Shown here one piece after another: positions 1 to 9,570 of a stretch of DNA of 64,000 nt (position 1 is the stretch's first letter; every line of letters begins with the position of its first letter). This DNA comes from an uncultured Gemmatimonadales bacterium (GTDB lineage: Bacteria > Gemmatimonadota > Gemmatimonadetes > Gemmatimonadales > GWC2-71-9), in the NCBI GenBank assembly GCA_963728915.1, contig CAVSLV010000001.1, positions 128,001 to 192,000 on the forward strand. The letters are read 5' to 3'. The notes under the pieces were generated by a model. It searched no databases. It was not told where the DNA came from and saw nothing but the letters and a program-made list of their open reading frames with translations. The translations under genes and the position numbers were made by a program.

Positions 1-1138
1 GTTCGCGCGCCTCGGCGAGTCGCGCCCGGGCGCCCGCTTCCTGCGCGGTGCGGTTCTCGAGCTCGGTTCCGATTCCCCGATGCTCTTCTCCGGCTCGAGC
101 AAGCTCGGCCTCCGCTTCGTCACGCTCACGGGCGGCTTCCTCGGTCCGGCGCGCGGCGATGCCCTGTTCCTCCTCATCGCGCCGCCGCCGCTCGCCCAGA
201 TGGGCCAGCCGCTCGGTCGCCAGAGCAAGCTGCCCATCCAGACGCGACATCGCGACCTGGCATTCGGCGAGCTGGCGGGCGATCTCGGTGCGATGCGCCT
301 CGGCCCGGCTCCGCTCCCTGGCCCTGGTGTCCAGGGTTTGCTCGGCGGTGCGGAGGCCCTCGCGCAGACCGGGCAGTTCTTCCGCCAGCCCGCGGTGCCG
401 GGCCTCGGCCCCGGCCACCCGTTCGGTCAGCTCCTGGAGCTGCCGCCGTGCCAGATTGATGCTGACCGCGAACTTCTCCTCCATGAGCTTGCCGTGCCGT
501 TCGGTCTTCCCCTTCTGTCTCGCGAGGGACCGGATCTGCGATTGCACCTCTCCCAGGAGATCCTCGAGCCGCTGGAGATCGACGGCGGTTTCTTCCAGCC
601 GCCGCTCGGTGCTGTGCTTCCGATCTCGATAGAGACCGATCCCGGCCGCCTCCTCGAACAGCGAGCGCCGCTCTTCGGCGCGATCGGAAAGGAGCAGGTC
701 GATCATCTTGGATTCGATTACGACGCCAGTGCCACCTCCCAGCCCGGTGCCGCGGAGGAGATCCTGGATGTCGCGGAGCCGGACCGGGGTGGCGTTGAGC
801 AGGTACTCGCTCTGACCTGAGCGGGAGAGCCGGCGGGTGATCACGACCTCCCGGTAGGCGATCGGCAGGTCGCCGGCGCTATTGTCGAGGTGGAGGGAGA
901 CTTCCGTGAGGCTGACCGGCCGGCGGCCGGCGGACCCCTGGAAGATCACATCTTCCATCTTGCCGCCTCGCAGGAGCCGGGCCGACTGTTCGCCCAGCAC
1001 CCATCGGACCGCGTCCGAGACGTTCGATTTTCCGCAGCCATTCGGACCCACGATTGCCGTCACCCCGTCGCCGAAATCGAGGGTGACCGTATCGGCAAAC
1101 GACTTGAAGCCGGAGAGCTCCAGTTTGAGCAGTTTCAT
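1..1138 (-). CDS. smc: Chromosome segregation protein SMC (N-terminal part; runs off the window)
   Basis: Not in the ORF track. The minus strand from ATG at 1138 reads MKLLKLELSGFKSFADTV...GPNGCGKSNVSDAVRWVLGEQ (SMC Walker A head), followed by coiled-coil sequence. Confidence 0.95.
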   Translation of the reverse strand, partial: MKLLKLELSGFKSFADTVTLDFGDGVTAIVGPNGCGKSNVSDAVRWVLGEQSARLLRGGKMEDVIFQGSAGRRPVSLTEVSLHLDNSAGDLPIAYREVVITRRLSRSGQSEYLLNATPVRLRDIQDLLRGTGLGGGTGVVIESKMIDLLLSDRAEERRSLFEEAAGIGLYRDRKHSTERRLEETAVDLQRLEDLLGEVQSQIRSLARQKGKTERHGKLMEEKFAVSINLARRQLQELTERVAGAEARHRGLAEELPGLREGLRTAEQTLDTRARERSRAEAHRTEIARQLAECQVAMSRLDGQLALATERLAHLGERRRRDEEEQGIAARRTEEAARERDEAEAELARAGEEHRGIGTELENRTAQEAGARARLAEARE

Positions 1139-1200
1139 TCGCGGCCAGAACCGGCGGTGGAGAGGGGAGCGGGAGCCCGCTCGTTTGGGGCAAAATAAGG

Positions 1201-1228
1201 TGACCGCTGACCGCTGACCAGTGACGGG
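1201..1228. repeat. Short tandem repeat, 4 x 7 bp (TGACCGC-like)
   Basis: tgaccgc tgaccgc tgaccag tgacggg, directly after the stop codon of the SPOR gene. Confidence 0.8.
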
Positions 1229-2656
1229 TTACTGCTTTTTCGCCGGTAACCGGAGGAGGAAGTACGGCCGTCCCATGGCGCGGCCGATGGAGTCGGCCGA
1301 TTCCCGGGTCGTGAAGGGTCCCACCACGACTCGATAGCCCTCTTCGGGCTCGCTCGGGTCCAGAACCGAGGCGGGGTACCCGTCCGCGCGGAGCTGCTTC
1401 ATGAGCAGAGCAGCCCAATCGGCGTTCTGGGTCCGGCTGACCTGGAGGTACATCAGGATCGAATCGACCGGGACCGGTGTCACTCCTGACACGAGCGCGC
1501 TGTCCTGGACGACCGACGCCGATTCAGCCGCGGCCACCGCGGCCGGGACCCGCTCGGGGGGAACCCAGCTGATGGCGAGCCAGTGGTCCTCCCCTCCTCC
1601 CGTGAGCCTGGCGCTTTCGGGTGGAGGAGCCTGCCGCAGATCCAGACTCACCACGTCGTCCCCCTGTCGCACTACGAGATTTCCCGCTCCCGCCACGAGG
1701 GGAAGGTCGGTGTTCCATTCGCTCAGGACCGAAGCGGCGAGCCGGCCGGTGGTGAGGTCGAACACCCACACCGAGTCTCCCGCCTCCCGGTGCACCAGGA
1801 TCCAGCGACCCGAGGAATCGAGGCGGAACTGACGGGGCGGGCCGGGCAGCTGAATCGGAGCCACCTCCGCGAGGGTGAACCGGTCGAAGACCCGGATCCG
1901 GGGACGATCCTTCTCGGTGACGAAGACCCGGTGGCCCGATGGGCTGAAGGCCACCCGCTCGGCATGCTCGACGTCCAGGAAGCGCTTGGCGCGCTGACCC
2001 GCGGTCTCGACCAGCGTCACGCCGCTGTCGGACGCGATGGCCACGAGATCACCCCACGAGGTCGCGGCGACGTCTCCGGCGGGGATGGTGGCGGAATACA
2101 CCTGCTGGTCGGCGCTTGCGGTGATGAGACGCGGGGGCTTGGCCAGGATGGCTATCACCTGGTCGTTGATCGCCGGATAGAGCACGTTGGGTTCGGCCGG
2201 CAGGGAATCATGGAACGACACTTCGTCCCGCCGCGCCAGCCGTACGATGCGACGGCTGCCGTCCGCGAGATACAGGGAGCCATCCGGTCCCACCGCCCCC
2301 ACCCGGATCCCGGTCGGTCCCTTGCGAGCCAGCCGGGTCTCGAGATCGACGCCGACCAGCCCGCCCTGAGCGTCCATGGCCCAGAGCAGCCTTTCGTCCA
2401 GATTGGCTCCGAAGATCCGGCGGATGGCAGGGACTGGGTAGGAAGACCAGCCGGTTTCGACCAGGCTGTCCGGCCGGTAGGCCTCAACCGGCCCACCGCG
2501 ACTGGGAAACCGGAGGAGAGAGACCTGACCGCCGACGGCGGGGAGGTCGGGTGGTGGCGGCGGCGGCGCGGATCTGCAGCCGGTCGCGAGCAGGGACGAG
2601 CAAGCCGCCGCCCGGAGTGCCCGAGCGGCGGCCTGGCGGACATCTTGAGGGTTCAC
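1229..2656 (-). CDS. Lipoprotein with beta-propeller-like region and C-terminal SPOR domain
   Basis: Lipobox LLATGC; C-terminal YLQVS...L.ADGYPA...YRVVVGPFTTRESA is SPOR-like. Confidence 0.75.
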   Translation of the reverse strand: MNPQDVRQAAARALRAAACSSLLATGCRSAPPPPPPDLPAVGGQVSLLRFPSRGGPVEAYRPDSLVETGWSSYPVPAIRRIFGANLDERLLWAMDAQGGLVGVDLETRLARKGPTGIRVGAVGPDGSLYLADGSRRIVRLARRDEVSFHDSLPAEPNVLYPAINDQVIAILAKPPRLITASADQQVYSATIPAGDVAATSWGDLVAIASDSGVTLVETAGQRAKRFLDVEHAERVAFSPSGHRVFVTEKDRPRIRVFDRFTLAEVAPIQLPGPPRQFRLDSSGRWILVHREAGDSVWVFDLTTGRLAASVLSEWNTDLPLVAGAGNLVVRQGDDVVSLDLRQAPPPESARLTGGGEDHWLAISWVPPERVPAAVAAAESASVVQDSALVSGVTPVPVDSILMYLQVSRTQNADWAALLMKQLRADGYPASVLDPSEPEEGYRVVVGPFTTRESADSIGRAMGRPYFLLRLPAKKQ

Positions 2657-2720
2657 GGTCTGGACATTCTAGCCGTCCCGATGTGCCGGCGTCCAGCCGG
2701 TCCGTGATCCCGGGCCGCGA

Positions 2721-5700
2721 TCAGAAGGTCGGGCCCAGGCTCAGGGTCCAATAGCCTTTCTTGAGGAAGGATTTGCCGTCGGTAAAGCCGGGCCGATCGA
2801 GCGGGAAGGAATAGTCGGCTCGAACGATCAGGAAATTGAGCAGGTTGAACCGGACCCCCAGCCCGGTCGAGGTAAGCGGAGTGCGGACCGTCATGTAATC
2901 GTCTCCCGGATCGCGGTGCAGCTTGATGGTGCTTCCCGCCTCGAACATCAATCCGGCGTCGAAGAAGGCCACTCCCTCCACCGCGGGGAAAAATCCGCTC
3001 AGGAACCGTGCGCCGAAGAAGAAGGGCCACCGGAGCTCAGCCCCGGCGAGCGCCATCCTGGTTCCCACCAGCTGATCGGCCGCGCCGCAGCCGGTGGCCG
3101 AGTTCTCTCCACCGAGGAATTCCGAGCTGGTGCACTCGTTCCGGTACAGCGAGCCGTAGGTATAGCCGCGCAGGTAGTCAGGCAGCCCGGCGTAGAACTG
3201 GAATTTCTCTTCATCCCGCCCGTGCTGCCCGTAGTACTGCAGCCGGGTCGCCAGGGTGAACGGACCGGCAATCCGGTCGTAGCGGCGATAGTCGGCATTG
3301 ATCGTGGTGAACCGCCACTGGCCTATTCGCGGAGCGATCTCGAAGCGGGAGCGCTGCCCCATGATCGGCCCGACTCCGCCGAACAGCGAATTGTCGAACA
3401 CCATGGCGACACTGGGCTGGAGGAAAGTGGCTCCATCCAGGTGGGTGGTTTCGACGTAGGCATCCCGGGTCTGGAACCCGCTGACCGGATCGTAGGGCAC
3501 GACCAGACTCCGAAGATCTTCGGCGACGTTCACGACCGCCGTCCCGAATTCCACGCGCCGGAATCGACTGATCGGGTAATATCCGATCGCCGAAATCTGG
3601 CGAAGCACCAGACGAACCACGTCTTCGCGATAGAGGCGCTCGCTCGGGAGATCCGATTCCCCGATCGAGGCGCCGGCAAAGTAGAAATAGGGGATCTGCA
3701 TCGCCCCCACGCCCCAGTTGAGCCGCCGGCTCAGGTTGGCGTACTGGGTCTGGAAATACGTCTCGTTGAGCCTGCCGTTCAGGGAGGCGGCGATCAGGAG
3801 CTGGTGATTCTCCAGCATGTCGCCGAGCACGATGCCGGTCGAGCCGCTCACCCCCTGCCCGAAGCTGTTCCGGGTGTACCCGATGGTCGGCCGGGAAACG
3901 TATTCCGGCTCCAGCTTGGGCTTGTAGGTGCGGAAGGTGAATTCGTTGGTGTCCGGCACGGTGAACGTCGTCGAATCCAGGATCCGGGCCACCGAAATCA
4001 TCTCGTGGGCGGTGGTATCCGGGGGCAGGGAGTCGGCGAGCCGGAATCCCTGCCTGGTCCGGTACACCGCCCGGCCGGACAGGATCTGGGGACCCGTGGG
4101 GGCCACGGGCGGTGCGATTTTCACTTCCTGGTTCGGGGCGATCGCCGCCAGATTCCGGCCCGCGATCTCCGCATTCCACGGCCGGCTCTTGAGCGATCGG
4201 GGATTGTCCAGCGTGTAGACGTCGTAGTTGCCCTGCTCGAAGTACACGAAGGCCAGCTTGTCGGTATTACGCGCCCAGGAAAGCACCGGGCTGAGCGGGG
4301 TGATGCCCTGAACCCCGGTGTAGAAGTCGGTAAGTTGATACACCTGCTTGTCGGCCAGGTCGTAGAGATAGATGTTGGCGACCCCGTTCCGGTCGGACAC
4401 GAATGCCAGCGATTTACCATCGGGCGACCACTGCGGATCGCTGTTACGCCCGACATCGAGCCCCTCCGGGAGATCGATCCGGCCCGAATCCATGTGGTAG
4501 AGCGCGATCCGCAACGAGCCCCACCGGAGGGCTTCCATATCGGTTTCCGGACCCCGATCGGTCGAAAACGCGATGGTGCTGCCATCGGGAGACCAGACCG
4601 GGTGAAGATCGGCGTCCTTGTCGTTGGTCAGCCGGGTGAGACCGGTGCCATCGGCATTCACGGTGTAGAGGTCGGAGATCCCGCCCTGCAGCCCGCTGAA
4701 GACGAGCTTGGTGCCGTCCGGACTCCAGGTCGGCGTGGTGACCTGGGCGAGGGGCAGCCGGATCGAGCGCACCGTCCGATTCCGGTCGGTGTCGATGATG
4801 ACCAGGTCGTCCCGGCCACCCCGCTTCGCCGCGACGGCGATGTGCTTCCCGTCGGGCGACCAGCTTTCCGAGGAGTTGATGAACCGGAAGGTCTCGTAGT
4901 TGCCGCTGTAGGTGGACTTGAGAAGACGCTTCTCGCTCTTCCCGGTCTTCGTGTCGGCCAGCCACAGGTCCACGAAGTAGAAATTGCGTTCGCTCAGGTA
5001 CACGATCTTCGAGCCGTCCGGCGAAAGTGCCGGGGCGAGGTGCCAGGTCCCTCCCGTTTTCTTCTGCGTCAGGAGAACCTGGGAAATCGTGCGCGCCTTC
5101 TGCCGGTTGGCGACTTCCGGGAGATACTGTTTCTGCACCGCATCACGCCACTGGTCCACCAGCTGGGGGAAGCTCATCCCGAGCACCCGCTCGAGGGCGT
5201 TCTCGATTCCGCCGCTGGCGCCGCGCTTGGTAATCTGGGCGATCGCCTCGTCGCCCCAGCGCTGCCCGATATAGCCCACCAGGGCCTGGCCGAACCGATA
5301 GGGGAACCAGCGATAGAAATCCTGGGCGGACGGCAGCTTGCCTTCGTTGGCGGCATCCCGAAGCCACATGGCGGTATTGGGATCCACCGGGCCAAGCGAG
5401 AAATACTCGGCTTCGCCTTCGCCGAACCAGAGCGGTGCGTTGGCGGCGATGATGCCCTGCGCGCCCCCGGCCATGGTCGTGCCTTCCCCGCCGACCCGTC
5501 CCCGCGACCAGATGTCGAATTGGAACTGGTGGGTCATCTCGTGCTGGAGGACGTGCTGGTTCTCCTCGTAGGATCCGGTCAGCGGAAAGATGTTGCGGTG
5601 CCGGATGTAGTCGGTGAACCCGCCGGTGCTCTCGTCGATTTCCTCGCCCGAGGTGTTGGTCTGCTGAAAATCGGATTGCGAAGCGTAGACGATGATCGGC

Positions 5701-5942
5701 TTGCGCTCTTCGAACGTGTGGCTGAACACCCGGGACAGCTTGGCATAGGAGCGCTCCGCCATCCGGGCGATGTCGAGGGCCGCCGCCCGCTCGGCGGGGT
5801 AGTAATAGACGTCGAAATGCTCGGTCTGGATGATCTGGAAATCGAACCGACCGTACTGAACCTTGTTGCGGCCGAAGTACTGCGCGGAGAGCCCCGCGGG
5901 CAGGAGCGCCAGCAACAGCGCCAAAGCGCCGAATCGTCTCAT
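2721..5942 (-). CDS. Omp85/BamA-TamA family outer-membrane protein with N-terminal metallopeptidase-like region and TolB/PD40 repeats
   Basis: Start moved to MRRFGALALLL (signal peptide; ATG overlaps the rsfS stop). Contains HEMTH motif, repeated WSPDG units and a beta-barrel ending LSLGPTF. Confidence 0.8.
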   Translation of the reverse strand: MRRFGALALLLALLPAGLSAQYFGRNKVQYGRFDFQIIQTEHFDVYYYPAERAAALDIARMAERSYAKLSRVFSHTFEERKPIIVYASQSDFQQTNTSGEEIDESTGGFTDYIRHRNIFPLTGSYEENQHVLQHEMTHQFQFDIWSRGRVGGEGTTMAGGAQGIIAANAPLWFGEGEAEYFSLGPVDPNTAMWLRDAANEGKLPSAQDFYRWFPYRFGQALVGYIGQRWGDEAIAQITKRGASGGIENALERVLGMSFPQLVDQWRDAVQKQYLPEVANRQKARTISQVLLTQKKTGGTWHLAPALSPDGSKIVYLSERNFYFVDLWLADTKTGKSEKRLLKSTYSGNYETFRFINSSESWSPDGKHIAVAAKRGGRDDLVIIDTDRNRTVRSIRLPLAQVTTPTWSPDGTKLVFSGLQGGISDLYTVNADGTGLTRLTNDKDADLHPVWSPDGSTIAFSTDRGPETDMEALRWGSLRIALYHMDSGRIDLPEGLDVGRNSDPQWSPDGKSLAFVSDRNGVANIYLYDLADKQVYQLTDFYTGVQGITPLSPVLSWARNTDKLAFVYFEQGNYDVYTLDNPRSLKSRPWNAEIAGRNLAAIAPNQEVKIAPPVAPTGPQILSGRAVYRTRQGFRLADSLPPDTTAHEMISVARILDSTTFTVPDTNEFTFRTYKPKLEPEYVSRPTIGYTRNSFGQGVSGSTGIVLGDMLENHQLLIAASLNGRLNETYFQTQYANLSRRLNWGVGAMQIPYFYFAGASIGESDLPSERLYREDVVRLVLRQISAIGYYPISRFRRVEFGTAVVNVAEDLRSLVVPYDPVSGFQTRDAYVETTHLDGATFLQPSVAMVFDNSLFGGVGPIMGQRSRFEIAPRIGQWRFTTINADYRRYDRIAGPFTLATRLQYYGQHGRDEEKFQFYAGLPDYLRGYTYGSLYRNECTSSEFLGGENSATGCGAADQLVGTRMALAGAELRWPFFFGARFLSGFFPAVEGVAFFDAGLMFEAGSTIKLHRDPGDDYMTVRTPLTSTGLGVRFNLLNFLIVRADYSFPLDRPGFTDGKSFLKKGYWTLSLGPTF

Positions 5943-6340
5943 GAATGCTTCCTTTCGGCGGCGAGGTGCAGCCGGGGAGCATCGTTCCAGAGCCGCTCCA
6001 GCTGGTAGAACCCCCGCGCTTCGGGGTGAAACAGGTGAACCACGACATCGACAAAATCGAGCAACACCCACCGACCTCCCGTCACACCTTCCACGTGATG
6101 GGCCCGCACCCCGGCCTCTTCCAGTTTGCGGAGCACCGCATTCGCTATGCCGCGAACATGGGCGTCCGAGGTCCCTGAGGCCACCACGAACCAATCGGTG
6201 GCATCGTTGATTCCCCGGAGGTCGAGCGCCACCACGTCGCGGGCGTTGAGACTGTCCGCCGCCTGCCACACCAACTGCACGATCGGTGACGGCCGGCTCC
6301 CGCGGGAACCTGCGGGTCCCGTTGAGGCCGCCCGGCTCAA
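5939..6340 (-). CDS. rsfS: Ribosome silencing factor RsfS (start uncertain: TTG 6340 or GTG 6280)
   Basis: DVVALDLRG..TDWFVVASGTSDAHV..IA, WVLLDFVDVVVHLF, RGFYQLERLW. Confidence 0.92.
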   Translation of the reverse strand: MSRAASTGPAGSRGSRPSPIVQLVWQAADSLNARDVVALDLRGINDATDWFVVASGTSDAHVRGIANAVLRKLEEAGVRAHHVEGVTGGRWVLLDFVDVVVHLFHPEARGFYQLERLWNDAPRLHLAAERKHS

Positions 6341-6449
6341 CCCCTGACCTGCATGCAGACTTCCGGCCTCCACGAAATGACACGCCAGGGGTCGGGAGCC
6401 CTGAAAAGGACGGCTGCTTTCACGGTCTTCGCACAGCCCGGTGCTGCCG

Positions 6450-6896
6450 TCAGGAGGGGACCACCGTGACCCGGACCCGGGCGGGGACATCCGGATGCAC
6501 CCGCACCGGAACCAGATGCTCTCCCAGGGTCTTGATCGGATGCTCGAGCTCGATCCGCCGCTTGTCCACCGGCTGGCCGGCGCGCTCCAGAGCCGCCGAG
6601 ATGTCCTGGCTGGTGACCGACCCGAACAGGCGTTCGCCCTCTCCGGCCTTGGCCTCGATCGTGATCGAAAGGGCCTCGAGCTTTGCCGCCAGCTCCCCGG
6701 CCTGGGCGCGGTCTTCGGTCCGGCGGGCGTCCCGTGCCCGTCCCTCGGCGGCGATCCGCTTCTTGTTTCCCTCGGTGGCCTCATAGGCCAGGCCGCGGGG
6801 CAGAAGGAAGTTGCGAGCGTAGCCCGGCTTGACCCGAACCACGCTTCCGGCCCGGCCGAGCTGGTCGACGTCCTCCCGCAGAATCACTTCGATCAT
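6450..6896 (-). CDS. rplI: 50S ribosomal protein L9
   Basis: VILREDV..LG..G.VV.VKPGYARNFLLPRGLA; LFGSVT. Confidence 0.98.
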   Translation of the reverse strand: MIEVILREDVDQLGRAGSVVRVKPGYARNFLLPRGLAYEATEGNKKRIAAEGRARDARRTEDRAQAGELAAKLEALSITIEAKAGEGERLFGSVTSQDISAALERAGQPVDKRRIELEHPIKTLGEHLVPVRVHPDVPARVRVTVVPS

Positions 6897-7786
6897 CAGG
6901 ACACTCCTTGAGGTGCGGAGGGCAACAGTCGCCCTCGAAGGTCGAGCCAGGTATCCGCCAAGCCCATGGCGATGCAGAGCCCCAGCATGAGCGGATTCAG
7001 CACGACGGCCAGGAAGATCACGAGCATCCGGAAGAGCAGGGGGGTGGGAGCCAGCAAAGCGGTCATCACCGCGAGCCCCCTTGCGGCATATAACCCGCCC
7101 CAGAGGACCACCAGATTGGCCGCGACAGCCCGACCGTTCGCCGGCAGTGGGGCCAACATCAATGCCAGACTAAAGATAGCACCCCAGATCAGGTGGTCGT
7201 TGAACCGGAATTCACGAAACCGGACCGGGGCAAGACCCAGTGGCTGCCGGGCGATCCGGTGCTGCCACAGCGCGGCGAGCGCGACGCCGGCAAGACCGAG
7301 CAGCGCCAGGAATCCCGGCATCAGCCGGCCGATCGCGGGCGCCAGGTCGAGCAGGGGAGCGGTCATTTCCCGGAGCTGTTGCTGGGTCGCGGGATCGGTG
7401 GTCATTTCGGGGAGATGGCGGTACGTGTCGGCCATGGTCGTGGCAAACGACAGTTCGATCCGGGACCAGGTCACCCCGCGCAGGAGACCCCAGGCCGAGA
7501 TCGCGATGGTGGTGATCACCAGGGCGAAGCCGCCTCGACTGAGGACACTCCATCGGGATCTGAAGCTCGCGAGTCCGAAGCCGATCGCCATGGCGACCGC
7601 GCTCGCCTTGATGAGCGCCCCGGAGAGCTCGGTCTCTCCGGTCAGGAGTCCCCAGGAGCCCGCCAGGGCGACGATGATGACGACGATCTCGAGCGGGGCT
7701 CGCGGTCGCGACAGCATCAGCAGGACGAACAACGGCGCCAGGAAATGGAACGGCGCCAGGAGCAGGAAGACTCCGAGCGCCGCCAC
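6896..7786 (-). CDS. DUF2232/YybS-like membrane protein
   Basis: Multi-TM protein between rpsR and rplI; C-terminal GLADTWLDLR. Confidence 0.8.
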   Translation of the reverse strand: MAALGVFLLLAPFHFLAPLFVLLMLSRPRAPLEIVVIIVALAGSWGLLTGETELSGALIKASAVAMAIGFGLASFRSRWSVLSRGGFALVITTIAISAWGLLRGVTWSRIELSFATTMADTYRHLPEMTTDPATQQQLREMTAPLLDLAPAIGRLMPGFLALLGLAGVALAALWQHRIARQPLGLAPVRFREFRFNDHLIWGAIFSLALMLAPLPANGRAVAANLVVLWGGLYAARGLAVMTALLAPTPLLFRMLVIFLAVVLNPLMLGLCIAMGLADTWLDLRGRLLPSAPQGVS

Positions 7787-7815
7787 ACCGCCCAGCCCGA
7801 TCCGGGAATTCCGGG

Positions 7816-8037
7816 TCAGGAGTTATACCCCTTGATATACGGCAGCAGGGCGAGATAGCGGGCCCGCTTGATGGCCACCGCGAGCTGGCGCTGGTGGCGG
7901 GCCGTCACGCCCGAAAGCCGTCGAGGCAGGATCTTGCCCCGCTCGGTCAGGAACCGCGACAACAGTTTGTCGTCCTTGTAGTCCACGACCCGGATGCGGA
8001 GCTCCGCCATCGGGTCGCCCTTGCGTGAGCGGCTCAT
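7816..8037 (-). CDS. rpsR: 30S ribosomal protein S18
   Basis: [21 protein letters not shown]...HQRQLA.AIKRAR.LALLPY. Confidence 0.98.
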   Translation of the reverse strand: MSRSRKGDPMAELRIRVVDYKDDKLLSRFLTERGKILPRRLSGVTARHQRQLAVAIKRARYLALLPYIKGYNS

Positions 8038-8375
8038 TCTTCCTCCTCGAATTCAGTTCGGGCCGGGACCGCCTGGGCCGGCGTAGGCGGCACGTCGTTG
8101 AGGACGAGCAGATGCCGGATAACGCCTTCGTCGAGTTTGATGGCGCGCTCGAATTCGGGGAGGGCAGTCGGCTCGGCGTCGAAGTTCGCCACCACGTAGT
8201 ACCCGGTGTCCCGCTTCCTGATCGGGTAGGCAAGGGTTCGCTTGCCCCAGTGGCTGAACTTGGGCTCACTCCCCTGGGCCTGAGCCAGGGTGTGAAAGTG
8301 CTGAAGCTTCTGGGTGATGGTCGCTTCGTCCAGGGCAGGATCGAAGATGTAGACCAGCTCGTAGGGATTGGCCAT
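8034..8375 (-). CDS. rpsF: 30S ribosomal protein S6
   Basis: [33 protein letters not shown]. Confidence 0.97.
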   Translation of the reverse strand: MANPYELVYIFDPALDEATITQKLQHFHTLAQAQGSEPKFSHWGKRTLAYPIRKRDTGYYVVANFDAEPTALPEFERAIKLDEGVIRHLLVLNDVPPTPAQAVPARTEFEEEE

Positions 8376-8449
8376 GCCACCGTCCTTTGGTCTGGGCGCC
8401 CGGATCTGGTGGGGAGTCCGGGAGGTGAATGTCGGAACCCCGAATTCTA
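8376..8449 (-). promoter_or_regulatory. rpsF promoter -10 element and candidate S6:S18-responsive leader
   Basis: TAGAAT at 8449-8444, then a CCCGGA/TCCGGG hairpin followed by CGCCC and the SD-like AAAGGA ahead of rpsF. Confidence 0.4.
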
Positions 8450-8508
8450 GCCGATCCGGGGTCCTCGAACCAGTCCACGCGATTGGCGGCCGGTTTTAGT
8501 TTCCACCC

Positions 8509-9156
8509 ATGCGATTGGAGTCGGTGCAGGTCGGTCACGTGCGCACCTACGGCTCGCCCGGAGCGCAGAACCCCCTCGAGCGCCCCTGGACCAGCGCGAT
8601 CCGGAAGGAATCGGTGTCGGGTCCGGTGTGGGCGGGGCGGGAAGGACTCTCGGGCGACCAGCAGTACGACCGGCACGGCCACGGAGGCCCGGATCGCGCG
8701 CTCCTCATGTACCCGGCGGACCACTACCCCAGGTGGCGGGCCGAATGGGGGCGGAAGGACATCGGGCCGGGGAGCTTCGGAGAGAACCTGACGGTTTCCG
8801 GCCTGACCGAGGACCTGGTCTGTATCGGCGACGTCTTCCGGATCGGCGACGCCCGGGTCGAAGTCTCCTCGCCCAGGGGACCCTGTCAGAACCTCGCCCG
8901 GCTGCACGGGATTCCCGACCTGGTCCGGCAGGTGACCCAGAATCACCGCTCGGGGTGGTACCTCCGGGTCCTTCACGAAGGCTGGGTCGAAGCCGGAATG
9001 GAGGTATTCCTGCTGGACCGTCCCTATCCTCAGTGGACCGTCCGGAGGGCCGCGACCGTCAAACGCGCCCGGCTCGAGTGTCCTGAAGAGGCCGGACTCC
9101 TGGCGGCGTGCCCCGCGCTCCAGCGGGAATGGCGGGAGCAGCTCGTCCCGGGTTAG
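8509..9156 (+). CDS. MOSC domain protein (YiiM-like, with 3-alpha domain)
   Basis: GL.GDQQ.D..HGGPDRAL, FGENLT, IGD.FRIG, VSSPRGPC, SGWYLRVL.EG. Confidence 0.92.
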   Translation: MRLESVQVGHVRTYGSPGAQNPLERPWTSAIRKESVSGPVWAGREGLSGDQQYDRHGHGGPDRALLMYPADHYPRWRAEWGRKDIGPGSFGENLTVSGLTEDLVCIGDVFRIGDARVEVSSPRGPCQNLARLHGIPDLVRQVTQNHRSGWYLRVLHEGWVEAGMEVFLLDRPYPQWTVRRAATVKRARLECPEEAGLLAACPALQREWREQLVPG

Positions 9157-9177
9157 GTGCCGGCCGGTCCTCCCGCG

Positions 9178-9570
9178 CTATTCCTCGTTGGAGAAGGTGT
9201 AGGCGAATCCGTCCGGATCGGTCAGGTCGAGCACCTTCCGGCCCCACGCTTCGTAGGCCCTGGCATTCGGGTCGCCGGCCTTCCGGGCCCGCTCCGCGAG
9301 CGCTTCCAGGTCCTGGCCGGTCAGGATCCAGAATCGGGCGCCGAGTCCTTTGACCCGATCTTTCCCCTTCTTCCAGTCATCCTGACCGATCGCGACCTGG
9401 ACGTCCCCGGCGCGGAGCATGACGCCGACCAGGGTGCCTTCGCGTTCCCAGCGCTCCTGAATCTCGAAGCCCAGCGCCTGGTAGAACCGGATGCTCTTGT
9501 CGAGATCGTTCACCGTGAGGCCCGAGCGCATCCGGCGTCCGGTGAGGGCGGCGTTGTTATTCTGGCTCAT
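9178..9570 (-). CDS. VOC/glyoxalase family protein
   Basis: Start MSQNNN (ATG overlaps the SPFH stop); LTVNDLDKSIRFYQALGF...WG....LTDPDG. Confidence 0.85.
   Translation of the reverse strand: MSQNNNAALTGRRMRSGLTVNDLDKSIRFYQALGFEIQERWEREGTLVGVMLRAGDVQVAIGQDDWKKGKDRVKGLGARFWILTGQDLEALAERARKAGDPNARAYEAWGRKVLDLTDPDGFAYTFSNEE

Noticed and set aside
2916..6008. Long antisense ORFs (for example 2916-6008 +, 11048-13132 -, 34346-36049 -, 42094-43704 -, 57528-59003 +)
   Set aside because: Shadow ORFs opposite well-supported genes, expected in high-GC DNA, with no recognisable motifs.
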